From Albugo candida (Eukaryota), in NCBI GenBank assembly GCA_040437565.1, contig JBDOQK010000063.1:62001-126000 (forward strand): a stretch of 64,000 nt of DNA. The letters are read 5' to 3'. Positions 11,000 through 22,511 of this stretch are shown one piece after another. Within the stretch, counting starts at the first letter, position 1; each line of letters opens with the position of its first letter. Under the pieces are notes generated by a model, which was not told where the DNA came from, searched no databases, and was given only the letters and a program-made list of their open reading frames with translations. Both the position numbers and the translations under genes were made by a program.

Positions 11000-13900
11000 A
11001 CTAGCGACATGTTTGTGTATGTGATCCCCTCGCGCAATCAAAGTTCCTATTCTCAGTCCTGTTGAGTCGATCCCTACCAGAAAGGAAGACCTGATCCATT
11101 TCCTTGTACATAGAAGGTCATACAAGAACCACCATCTTGTCCATTGGGTTCTCACACTAGCAACAGCTTAGGCGGCAGAGATGAGTTCACCCATCAACCA
11201 TACGGCCGTCCCAGTAACCAAACTGGAAACAGTAAAACATGCTTGCAATTAGCATTGCCATAAGTAATAGTGCTGGTGTCAGAGTCCGATACGTAGCGCA
11301 CATTTGTACGGTTGAGTCACAACTTTTGATTGCACAGTCTTTGCGATTCCGTCATCGAGTACACGCCATACACACTGGACACGTTTGGATGAATTCCGGT
11401 TTGTTATAGAGCACACTCAAACCCAACTCGATCGTATTATAATCCAAATCAGTGTATTCGCCATTTACATCCATTGCTGGCTATCGTATTCATTCGTCTT
11501 TTGTCCTCGCGTGGGTCCTCTTTGTTCTCTATCATCTCCATTATGATACCTGAGCCGTCATTCAAACGAATTCGCTCTATTGCATCCGCGCTTTCGACAT
11601 TCCCATCCGTTGTATCGCGCATGCATTCAGCGTGTTGCTCGTGCTCTTCATTTTCGGATTGAGTGCATATGACTCATCATCAGGATCTTCCATCTAATTG
11701 TCAATCGCGATATGTGCGACTTCTTCTTCGTCTTTGGCGTAAATCGATGGCCATGTGCTCTGATGCAAATCCGAGACAATTTGAACGTGATGTCTTCTAT
11801 CTCTTGCTCGCTTTGTGCGTAGTTAACATCTTCTCCTACACGGTCTTCTTCTACATTTATATAGTCTTGGATATCAGATGAAAGCGAGTCGTTTAATTGG
11901 GCATGTTCCGCTTTTTTGGATTGTGACGCAATCAAAGTTTACATCTCTTCAGTCTGAAGTATTCCGACTTGAGTCACTTGTCGATGCTCATGAGTTGTGG
12001 ATCTTTTTCCATAATGTGTCTTATGTGCCATGAAACACCAACAAAAGTTTCCGTAACCTCGTGAGCTATTCCCATTCTGCTTTCCAGGTGTTGACAACTT
12101 GCTTCCACGACACGTACATCTTCTGTTACGTTGACAAGTACGAAATCATCGGCTATCTCCGTCATTTCCATTTTTGCGTGTATTTGCGGGTCGAAATTCC
12201 CAATCAGTGAGCCTTTCATCTCGTCGGTACGATCGATACAAACTTCAGAGGCCACAGCTTCACAAGAATTCTCTTCTTGATTCTCCGGCGTGCTACCATC
12301 ACTACGATTGCTCGTGACTGCGTTGTCAATGTCTGCTGTCACATAGCTTCCACCCTCTTCGATATTCGACTCCGAGTCGGCCTCTATTACGTCAAATTGA
12401 GCTATTGCTTCTGTTTCCAAAATGCGTGAGTAGGAAAGTCTTGGATGAATTTGTGTTCGATCTCGACAGCGACAACTTTGCTAAACAGCAAGACTCGTTC
12501 GCTGATTATGACTCTCCAAAGCGTCAACGACATTTTCGAATGAGCTTCGATTTCAGCGTCGCAATCTGCTGTTTTTGCATCGTCCAAATTGTAAACAACA
12601 TCGTCGTTGCATATGTCATTTTCTTCATTTCGAACTTTCTTCAACTCGATTTATATCTTGGACAAATCTCTCCAACTTTGGATACTCGAAGTGGTTCTCA
12701 TGATACGCTCCATGTGCCATGAGACACCAATGAATTTATGTTCCGTCGTAACAGTCTCAACAACAGAGCCAATTGTTTCGTCTTTTCCCTTGTGATATCG
12801 CTGTCTATTTCGACGAGCGAACTGTTACGTCTCTACTGAGTCAATCGCTTCATCGATGGATCTTACTACTTCATATTCTTAAAAGTGTATTTCAAAAGCC
12901 TCGTTTCCTTCATTTTGGATATCGCTAATTGTGCTCATGATATCGGTTTCACTGATTTCGGGACCATAGTCTTCGTTTAGCTCCACCTCCGTTCTTGTAC
13001 TATTGCCAGACACTCGTTGTACATCCTCTTGATCGTCGGTTTTCACTTTCAAGTTCTCCAGGACGATCTGAACGTTCAAAGAAACTACTCTGGTGACATC
13101 AGAATCAACATCATCCATGTCGTTTGTTTCGTCTCCTTCGACGTCACTGAAGGCTTCATCTCCAACCGTATCTTCGAGTCGACTCAAGATTGAGATAGCT
13201 GGAATCTCCGTTAATTCCTAAGGGAGACAAGAGACATTTTCAAACGTTTGCTCCATGTCTTCAACTTGTTCTGATTCCCAAACGTTGCTAAATACATTCG
13301 CCAGCATTGACGTATCCAAATACTCGAGCGTGCTTCTAATAATCTGGTGCATGTGCCACGAGATACGACAAATGTATCCTTCGTCATTTCAGCGTCCTGT
13401 GAGCTTGATACGTTTTCAGTTTGACTATTTCATCTGCGTTTGCGTCTACGCGAACGTTCTCGATCGCTTCTTCACCACTCTCCTCAACTCTTCAAATCTG
13501 TTCTTTCTCATTATCAAACACCTACAAGCTCTTCTACGCGTCGAAAATTGTGAGGCTAATAGTGACTCCGAAACATCATCCGTCCAATTCATAATATCTT
13601 TAGACTCCATACAAGAGCCGCATTGCCGTCAAGAAGCCTTTTTTGACGGATAAACACAAGGTTAATGTTCCCATTGAGTTTCATGACATACATTATCCAT
13701 GCTTTCCTTGCTTACGAGAATCACTTGAGTACCATCCGTTCGCGTTGAGTCGATTTCTTACCATATAAGGCGTGAATGCTTAATCGTGATTGTTTTCTCT
13801 TCAGTGCTACTTTCATTCACATTCGTTGTCCTTTTGGTCTCAACACAAATGATACTAGCTTCAGCATCCAGTTGATCTCCAGTATTCTGAACCATCTCAG

Positions 13901-14015
13901 TGTCATTGTCGTTGATTTCATCTAAAATGTCATCGATCCGATAAGATTGGTGGTTTCAGAGTTCTGAGATATTGTTATCACTTCATTTGTGACCTTCAAT
14001 GACCTCCGTTTTAAT
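11000..14015 (-). pseudogene. Decayed large Asp/Glu-rich protein with repeated SWH motif and a C-terminal hydrophobic segment
   Basis: Successive short acidic minus-strand ORFs (13187-12879, 12644-12402, 12420-11974, 11935-11648) are broken by stops and frameshifts. An SWH(M/I)xxI motif occurs three times. A TM-like segment TLTPALLLMAMLIASMFYCFQFGYW lies near 11285-11210. Ends are approximate. Confidence 0.55.
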
Positions 14016-14026
14016 CTCGCTTCCTT

Positions 14027-15037
<1,011 letters not shown>

Positions 15038-16801
15038 TAGATACGTTTGGACAGAGTTTCTCGTGGTGGACCCTCAAGCTGTGAATGCACTTCGAGTGTT
15101 CTCCACCTCCCTTTGGATGGCTCGTTCTTATTTATATCCGCTGTGAGCTCTTATCACATTCCAAAGGCTGATGAACATTTCGTCATATAAGGAATTATTT
15201 CTGTTGTGGGCTTTGTGGCTGTTGCATCTCAAATTGTAAGCGGAATGTCAATTTGATGTGACTCACATCAAATTCGATGGGCATTCGGCAGTGCCGATCG
15301 CATCGCAAAGTAAGTTGGTACAGAGATCGGTGCTTGACATGAATGAAGGCTCTGCTCTGACGGATCTCACTCAATTATTGGACGTGTTTTTCTGAAGGAA
15401 CGTATAGCGCTGTATAACGCAATCATATCGTCCGTAGTTACTAAAAGAGCACAGCTATCTAGCATCTCGAGTAAGTAATCTACTCGCACGAGTGTTAATG
15501 ACATCGACTCAATGCAAAATATATTGCGCCATAGGCTGACCAAAGACATGTGCGCGTTACTGAGTGTTCGAGTACTCGTTCCGATCAATTGAATGCGCAA
15601 GAAGCACGGGATCAAATGATTTGTGACCGTTGTGGGACCATCGAAAGACCGGGCAATTGCGCATTTGGAAACTGAAAAGCGACTTCAGAATCTGCTCTGA
15701 GTATACTCTCTGCAACGATTGACATTTTTTCTATCGATACTGGATGATCTAATTGAGTACAACGCCGGAATCTGATTGAGTGGGAGCTGAAGGGCATTCT
15801 CTGCAAGCCAATCGCCTTAATGGAGATAAACGAGGAGGATAATGAGAAAGCACTTGCGAGGAAAGTAAAAGATCGAAACATAAATGGACTTACTCGTCTG
15901 TAAAAGCGGTTCGCGGTTCAAACAGAAGCGATAGGGCAATCAAAAGGGACAGAGCGAGTCATCAACTTCGTCTTCACCAAAAGTTGGCGACCACATGTAT
16001 CAATGAACGACAGACAACATGAAGCAGCACCGACTCCACTAATAGTATCGTAATAGATGAGTAAATGACCAATGAATTTTTACTCTATGCATACTTTTAA
16101 ACTTTGTGAACATTTAGATGAATCGAAAAAATACACAGTCACAGCCATTAAGGATTCTACACAAAGGTTCTCAATTAGCTAGTGAGGAGATCACGTGAGA
16201 TCGAAACAATCAACCTTTCTATTTTTATAGAGAGCGTTGCAACAAGTCCAAGAAGTGTGTTGATCGAGGCTATTGCGTCTTCTATCAGCCAGGTTGATGT
16301 CGATTAATTCCATTCCATCATATAGACAGATGGATCCCAACTCCATTGTAGCGCATACATTATTCCGACTGATATCACTAATGGAAGACCCAACTGGTAA
16401 AAAAAAGTTACTGAGCGTACTGTCTTCGCAATTGCTTGCATTGCATCCGAAACATTTGTAAACATTGATCGCTTATTTCGCTGTATTACCCAAATGACGC
16501 GATAATATATTCTCATAGTCTTACGAGGACAAAAATTGCACGTCAGCGGTATGTTACTTTGTCTCCATATGAAGTCTGAGGCCTTTCTTAGCATTCCTGT
16601 CACCTATACTCTCATTACAATTGTCAGATCCTTCTATTTGGTATTTCACGGATTCAGGAGCGATCCGAAAAAGTATGACCAATAAAAAAAGGTATGACAG
16701 GAAACTTGACTGCAGGTATAAGGTTAGCAGGACGGATGCTTAAAGTACTGCGTTGGTATCGGATATAAGATTTCTAATGTGAATGCTGTACACAGTCATA
16801 A

Positions 16802-17350
16802 TCAATTCTCATTCTCATTCTCCAATTCGCTATCGTAAAATACTGTCTGACGTATCGCGGAACTGGACTGTTCTTTATGCTTTGCCGTTTCACTTGGTGT
16901 GCTTTTATACATCCCGCAGTCGTCCGTAAATAAATCAGGAATGCTACCTTCATACTTGAGAACATTTTGTGAGCTCAGAAAATAAGCCAAAAAGCGGTTG
17001 ATAAGCTTTAGTGCCACCAAGTTCGTCGAGTCCTTGCAACATTTTCACCACTTTTTGGTCTCTGGTGAGTGCGATATATAGGATCATCCGATTGTAACTT
17101 TCTTGATCACGTTGGAAAACTCATTGGTCTCCACGAGCGTCGTGTACTCACCGCGCCCTTGAGCCGGCACGGCTTGCATCTTGGATGCTTGCTCTTTCAT
17201 GCGTTGTAAGCGCTTTTCTCATCTTTCCTCGAGTTCTTCATCATCGTCGTTTTCGAGTTGACGGAGTGTGCTACCGATATGCTGTTCTTCTTTCTCTAAA
17301 GTCTCCAAAACCTTCTCACCAATAGCCGTCGCCACGATCTCGGCATTCAT
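16802..17350 (-). pseudogene. Phosducin-like TXNDC9/Plp1 pseudogene with internal deletion
   Basis: MNAEIVATAIGEKVLETLEKEE...DDDEELEER*EKRLQRMKEQ...QGRGEYTTLVETNEF jumps to IALTRDQKVVKMLQGLDELGG, then a frameshift and FLAYFLSSQNVLKYEG...AIRQTVFYDSE. The central thioredoxin-fold segment is missing. Confidence 0.75.
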
Positions 17351-17795
17351 GGGATCCTTGCGAATTTAACGTAATGTCCGTAGAGTGGTCACAAAGTACG
17401 CGCGCAATGGCATATTAGACAACCATCACTCGCATCGGATCAATGCTTCCATTCGCAATACTGCGACTCATGATTAGTTGTACTTGCAAAAGTCAGTCGT
17501 ATTCGCACTATAGTCAATTCAACTCATTCCACTCATTTCACAGTTCCATTAATGTGACGCAGACGGCGATTTCGAATCGAATTCTATCTTTTACAACGAA
17601 CTCGCTACTGACTGATCAACACAGAGTGTGATAAAGTCGTCTCTATTCATTCCAAGTAACAACACGTACCTCCTGACATAAGAAGGTCGCAAGACACTCT
17701 GAACGGCGATCTATGAGCACACAGTCGCTATCCACACTCATTCTCACTTTTGTTGAGCATTTGCATTAGGCCGATGATCAGTCCTTTATTGATAA

Positions 17796-17985
17796 TTAAG
17801 ATCTTTGTGCTGCTGGCACTACCTCCNNNNNNNNNNNNNNNNNNNNNNNNNNNNNNNNNNNNNNNNNNNNNNNNNNNNNNNNNNNNNNNNNNNNNNNNNN
17901 NNNNNNNNNNNNNNNNNNNNNNNNNNCCCATTGTGGTGATAGCGCCGATCATGATAATAATTCCTGGAAGCGTTTGGTACGGCAT
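17796..17985 (-). CDS. Possible complex I subunit NDUFA1/MWFE-like small protein, interrupted by a gap
   Basis: MPYQTLPGIIIMIGAITTMG resembles the NDUFA1 N-terminus. The rest is in the N gap. The end EVVPAAQRS* after the gap is tentative. Confidence 0.5.
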
Positions 17986-18255
17986 CCGAGTACTTGTGTT
18001 TCTTACATTCACGCAACCGTCGTAGCCACCTTGTATCCGTACATTAGTGCAACCAACTGGGTCAGCTCGTGCAACATAAATTGCTGCTCGTTGATTCAAA
18101 ATTTAAAACCAATTTGAATTCTTAAAATGTGAAGACTATTCGTTTCCTTCAACACTAACTACCTCTATTCTATACAGCATTCATTACACTACGAGGTATA
18201 CTACAGTGCTTTATCAAGACTGTAAGCATAATTCTTTGACAAAAAAGTCGTAGAT

Positions 18256-18720
18256 ATGGCACAACTAAGCAGCAAAGTCGCTCCAACTCGCAAGTCAAAT
18301 GCGCTGGTAAATGTTTTGGCGCATGCTGAAAGATTGCGATCAGAATTGGGAAAGCAAAATACGGAGACTCTCTCCACGCAAACGAGTGAATTGACAATTG
18401 GGCAACGGAAGCAACGGTTCACTTCTCGTGTGCATTATCTGATGTCAGCCAAAGTGACTGCTGTGTGCTTGCGGAGAACGGTTCCTTTTCGAAAGACAAA
18501 ACGTGAGCTTCAACGAGAATGTGAGAGCCTCTCGAAATGGCTTAACACTCGATTTACGGAGACAATGTCCCAATCGGTGCGTTGCCGGAGGCATTCGATA
18601 GCGTCTGCTCTTAACAAGCAACCTCAAAAGCGACGTGCAAGCTGTCGCTTGCGGTCACATCGACGAAACTCCCTTCATGCAACATTTCCGGGAGCAGTTG
18701 AGTTAACAACAAAACAATAG
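18256..18720 (+). CDS. Hypothetical basic protein, 154 aa
   Basis: Uninterrupted ATG-to-TAG ORF, R/K/S-rich and divergent from the NDUFA1-like gene. No recognisable domain. Confidence 0.4.
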   Translation: MAQLSSKVAPTRKSNALVNVLAHAERLRSELGKQNTETLSTQTSELTIGQRKQRFTSRVHYLMSAKVTAVCLRRTVPFRKTKRELQRECESLSKWLNTRFTETMSQSVRCRRHSIASALNKQPQKRRASCRLRSHRRNSLHATFPGAVELTTKQ

Positions 18721-20340
18721 ATCGCATTTGTAACGATTGCAATAAAGTATGCATTCGTCATGATGTGTCATGTATTTGAAGGACCAGGTGTGACAAGGCG
18801 GCGATGCAACCGTTAGACGACAAAACCAAACCTGCATGCATTCGTAAATGCTGCTGACAAGTACAGCTCAAATCGCACATATTGTGGTGAGAAATGTTGC
18901 TTTTATGGATGCATTTGTGGGTTTCTTCTCACGAAAGGCTCTTGGCTCGAGTGTATGACCTTTGGCTCAACTAGCAACTCTGATTGTAATGCTACTAGTT
19001 CTCATGGCTTAGAATTCTTGCTGCCCCACCGATCGCGTACTCATATATAGTTTCTCACGATGATAAGCAGCTTGTATTAGATGGAGAACCGAAGGCTCTT
19101 CCACCTTTCTCTGCATCTTATACCACACATTGATGACTTACTGTCTTCTCTACGGGTACGAAATCTGTAAATACGAAAGATGAAAGAGATGACACTCCTA
19201 TTGACTTTTTGCATGGCGCATGTATGTTGTCATTCTTACAAGGTAATTCGACGAGTTTCTTTTTGATCAACAATGTAGTTATCTCCTTGCATCGCTACTC
19301 AGCTGATGATTAATTACTTTGTGTTGTAAGGAACGTGAGCTCAAGATGAACCCCTTTGTAATGACTCTCTAGTGCATTGCAGAAGGTTAGTTCCTCTATA
19401 CATGTAGTATGCTATACAGCGCCTGTCAGGCTCACTGGAAGATTGACAAAGCATTTATCATTTATCTGATGATATATGTACTTTGTAGAGTATTACGAGA
19501 AACCAAGACGTGGCCTGTTTTTTTTCCTCGTCTTACCGGAATGAAGAATTCCCGAAATTCTGATAGGCTTCAGGATCAACACTGCTGTATTGGGTGTTCA
19601 AAGACGCTTTGTAGCAATTGATGCCGCTTAAGAGTTCGATTATAGATGTCAGCGTATGATTAGCATGGACTTGGATTGAATAATTCAAAGAATTTATCAA
19701 TAACGTGCGCTCCTAAGGGCTGATCAGCAAACACATGCTATAAAAGAATCCCTCTCCATCTACTGTATTATAGTGTAATTCACGTTCGCCTCGACACAAC
19801 GCTCATGATGAGCTGCACATTGCAATTTCTACCTGGAAAACTTCTTAAAAACTATTGGGAGTTGACAAATCAGCTACAAAACTCGTTGAAGCACGCTTGC
19901 TGCGTTTGGAGTGTTTCCAGCGAGGGAAAGAATAGTGCTTGCAATGCGTGTTAGTATCCGTACCTCAAATCCAGAAAGGCTAGGACTCAGCATCACATTG
20001 CGACGCTGGTCATGAAAGATGCATCAACCGAATTTAACCTTCTTCGAATATATAAGATAACGTAGGGGATCTTTTTACAAAGCTTCCACCGATAAGTTGC
20101 AGTGAACTGTTCAATGTCATAGATCGGAAGTCTTTAGTGACGTGTGTCCTTTGTACCTTACAAAAGTACGTTCATGTCGCTCATACAAAGTGATACTCGA
20201 CACATACATGGAAGCGATGTTATTGATGGGATACGCTATCGTCATGTTGCTATCCAGATGAGCTTTGGAACATACGTACTTAACAATCGTCCTGTCGCTT
20301 AGATTCGTATATAGCTTGAATTTCTCTTTCATTTGCAACA

Positions 20341-20355
20341 TCATTCCTTAATTTC
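20341..20355 (+). promoter_or_regulatory. Oomycete Inr-FPR core promoter upstream of ISCU copy 2
   Basis: TCATTCCTTAATTTC at the same spacing to the ATG as in copy 1. Confidence 0.65.
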
Positions 20356-20363
20356 TCTCCAGA

Positions 20364-20569
20364 ATGTCACGTCAACTATTAAAACAATCGCAACAAACAT
20401 TGGCTTTATCGGCCTCTTCAACACTGCGTAACTCGACTGGAATCGCTATCAACACCATACAACAGCGTCAGTACCATGAAAATGTTATCGATCATTATGA
20501 GAATCCGAGAAATGTCGGTTCATTGGACAAAGCTGCGAAAGACGTTGGTACTGGATTAGTAGGTGCTCC
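20364..20569 (+). CDS. ISCU: Second ISCU copy, 3' part hidden in a gap
   Basis: MSRQLLKQSQQTLALSASSTLRN...YHENVIDHYENPRNVG...GLVGA. It differs from copy 1 in the leader (H>Q, AT>SS) and upstream sequence and is identical afterwards. Confidence 0.9.
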
Positions 20570-20669
20570 NNNNNNNNNNNNNNNNNNNNNNNNNNNNNNN
20601 NNNNNNNNNNNNNNNNNNNNNNNNNNNNNNNNNNNNNNNNNNNNNNNNNNNNNNNNNNNNNNNNNNNNN

Positions 20670-21506
20670 GAATATAACACTACAACCTCTCTCACACCCA
20701 TATCCACTACGAAAACGTCTCCGCGCGCGCTTGTCGTCATCGCACATCCAGATGATGAAAGCATGTTTTTCGCTCCCCTCCTTCGGTATCTGCTCTTTGG
20801 TGACAACCAGTGGACTTGGTCGTTGTCAAAATACCTCCACACTCGCTGGAATGTGACGCTTTTGTGTCTATCGTCCGGAAATGCCGACGGAATGGGACGC
20901 ATTCGTATCAAAGAATTGGAGAGTGTTGGTCGATTCCTCGGTTTACCTTCGGAGAACCTCAAGATAATAAATGATCCGCAACTTGAAGACGGAATGCATG
21001 TCTCCTGGGATCCTCAACACATTGCGAACATTATACAGCGACAATTTGACGGCGGCAATACCTTCCAAGCGGTACGTTTCGTTTAGCGAATGACTCGATA
21101 AAGTCTCAACAAGTTTTTCGCACAGATTTTCACGTTTGATGAGTTTGGCGTCTCTGCACACCCGAATCATATCGCAGTGTATCGTGGTGTGAGACTCGCG
21201 TTGGAGAAATTCGATAGTGCGAAGATATTTGGGTTTGCATTGAAAAGCACCAATTTGGCTCGGAAGTACATTGGAGTGTTGGATGTTGCAATTTTACGAA
21301 TTCAGCAGATTCTTAGCACGAAGAAAAGCGGTTTGTCGGATGAATTGGCGATGTTTACCTGGAGACCTTGGTGGAATTATCAATTGATGGCGATTCACGC
21401 GTCACAGTTTGTGTGGTATCGGCGATTATTTGTCATCTTTTCACGGTATACATATCTCAACACGTTTGAAGAAATTCGTTGGCGATCAAAATTGAATGAA
21501 AAATGA
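20670..21506 (+). CDS. PIGL: N-acetylglucosaminyl-phosphatidylinositol de-N-acetylase, 5'-partial
   Basis: VIAHPDDESMFFAP, LCLSSGNADGMGRIRIKEL, intron 21072-21125, IFTFDEFGVSAHPNHIAVY and HASQFVWYRRLFVIFSRYTYLNT. Confidence 0.95.
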
Positions 21507-21510
21507 GATT

Positions 21511-22383
21511 TTAGACATAAAGTCGTTTTCGTTTTCGATATGTTTCGCATTTTGGGTCAGACAAAGTCGTTTGATATGCGATCTTCTCACTTGTTTCGGG
21601 ATACATTTTAATTTCTCCATCTTTGAGACGATCGAGTGATATGGCAATTATCGTCTGACAGACAAGTTTCAGTATTATATTTTGCTCTGACAGCTCATAA
21701 ATAATTCCGAGTAATTCTTCATCACAAAGTTGAGAGTATACAATCACTTGCTGCCCAATACGAAATGTCACAGAATTGATTTTCATTCGCGACGAAGTCA
21801 GAAGACTAATTTGATTGATACTGCTCGGAGTTCTAGTGAGAGACCGCCTCTGATTGTACGCTTTCATCGCTTCTATTTCTAGCTGCAGGTTCTTCCAGAC
21901 AAGATCACGTGTTGGAAGACATGGCTCCAGGTGCTGGAAATCGAATGCTTTCTTCATTGCGTCAAAGTTGAGATGTAATCTTTGTTTCTGATCGGAAAAA
22001 ATTGAAGCCGACAATTTCTGATCCTCGCGATAGTGACCATCCTGGATTGGAGCAGCAATTTCTTCTGCTTTTTTAACCTTTTCCAGTTTGTTTTTGGTCG
22101 ATAAGAACAGGTTTTGATTGAGTGAGGATTTGGCGGATTCAAATATATCGTTTGCTGATTGCAGCTCGAATTCGAGAAGATCAATTTGATTGCGTTGCAT
22201 GAGGTGTAAATGGTTCAGCGCTACTTGTAAGACTTTATCGCGGGTGTTCCGGAACGGAATACATTGTTCGAAAAATTCGTGAAATGTTCCCTTCTCCAAA
22301 GCTCTCAAATTCTCTTGATTCCGGTTGATGTTTTCTTGATATAAATTCCGCTCCAGCTCTAGTAACTCGCGGACATTCGTCAT
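21511..22383 (-). CDS. Sds3/BRMS1-like Sin3-HDAC complex subunit
   Basis: N-terminal helix pattern LYQENI...LRALEKGTFHEF...RDKVLQVA...FELQSANDIFESAKSSL resembles the Sds3-like family. The beta-rich C-terminus FRIGQQVIV...GIIYEL...ISLDRLKDG resembles the SDS3 C-terminal domain. Basic tail RKRKR. Confidence 0.65.
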   Translation of the reverse strand: MTNVRELLELERNLYQENINRNQENLRALEKGTFHEFFEQCIPFRNTRDKVLQVALNHLHLMQRNQIDLLEFELQSANDIFESAKSSLNQNLFLSTKNKLEKVKKAEEIAAPIQDGHYREDQKLSASIFSDQKQRLHLNFDAMKKAFDFQHLEPCLPTRDLVWKNLQLEIEAMKAYNQRRSLTRTPSSINQISLLTSSRMKINSVTFRIGQQVIVYSQLCDEELLGIIYELSEQNIILKLVCQTIIAISLDRLKDGEIKMYPETSEKIAYQTTLSDPKCETYRKRKRLYV

Positions 22384-22511
22384 TCTTACAATGAATCAAT
22401 AGGTAGAGGAGTCACTAAACCGAGGTATTTAGTTCATGATATTTTATAAAATAAATCCTCGCGTTAGTGACCGAAATTATACTATACTTTGAAAACTTGA
22501 CGACATTCGAC

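Noticed and set aside
15040-16700. Coding-like fragments between the SAHH and TXNDC9 pseudogenes
   Set aside because: They look like decayed genes, but no family motif could be recognised, so they are not called.
20364-21086. Apparent ISCU-PIG-L fusion ORF
   Set aside because: The two parts are joined only through an N gap of nominal size, so they are two separate genes.
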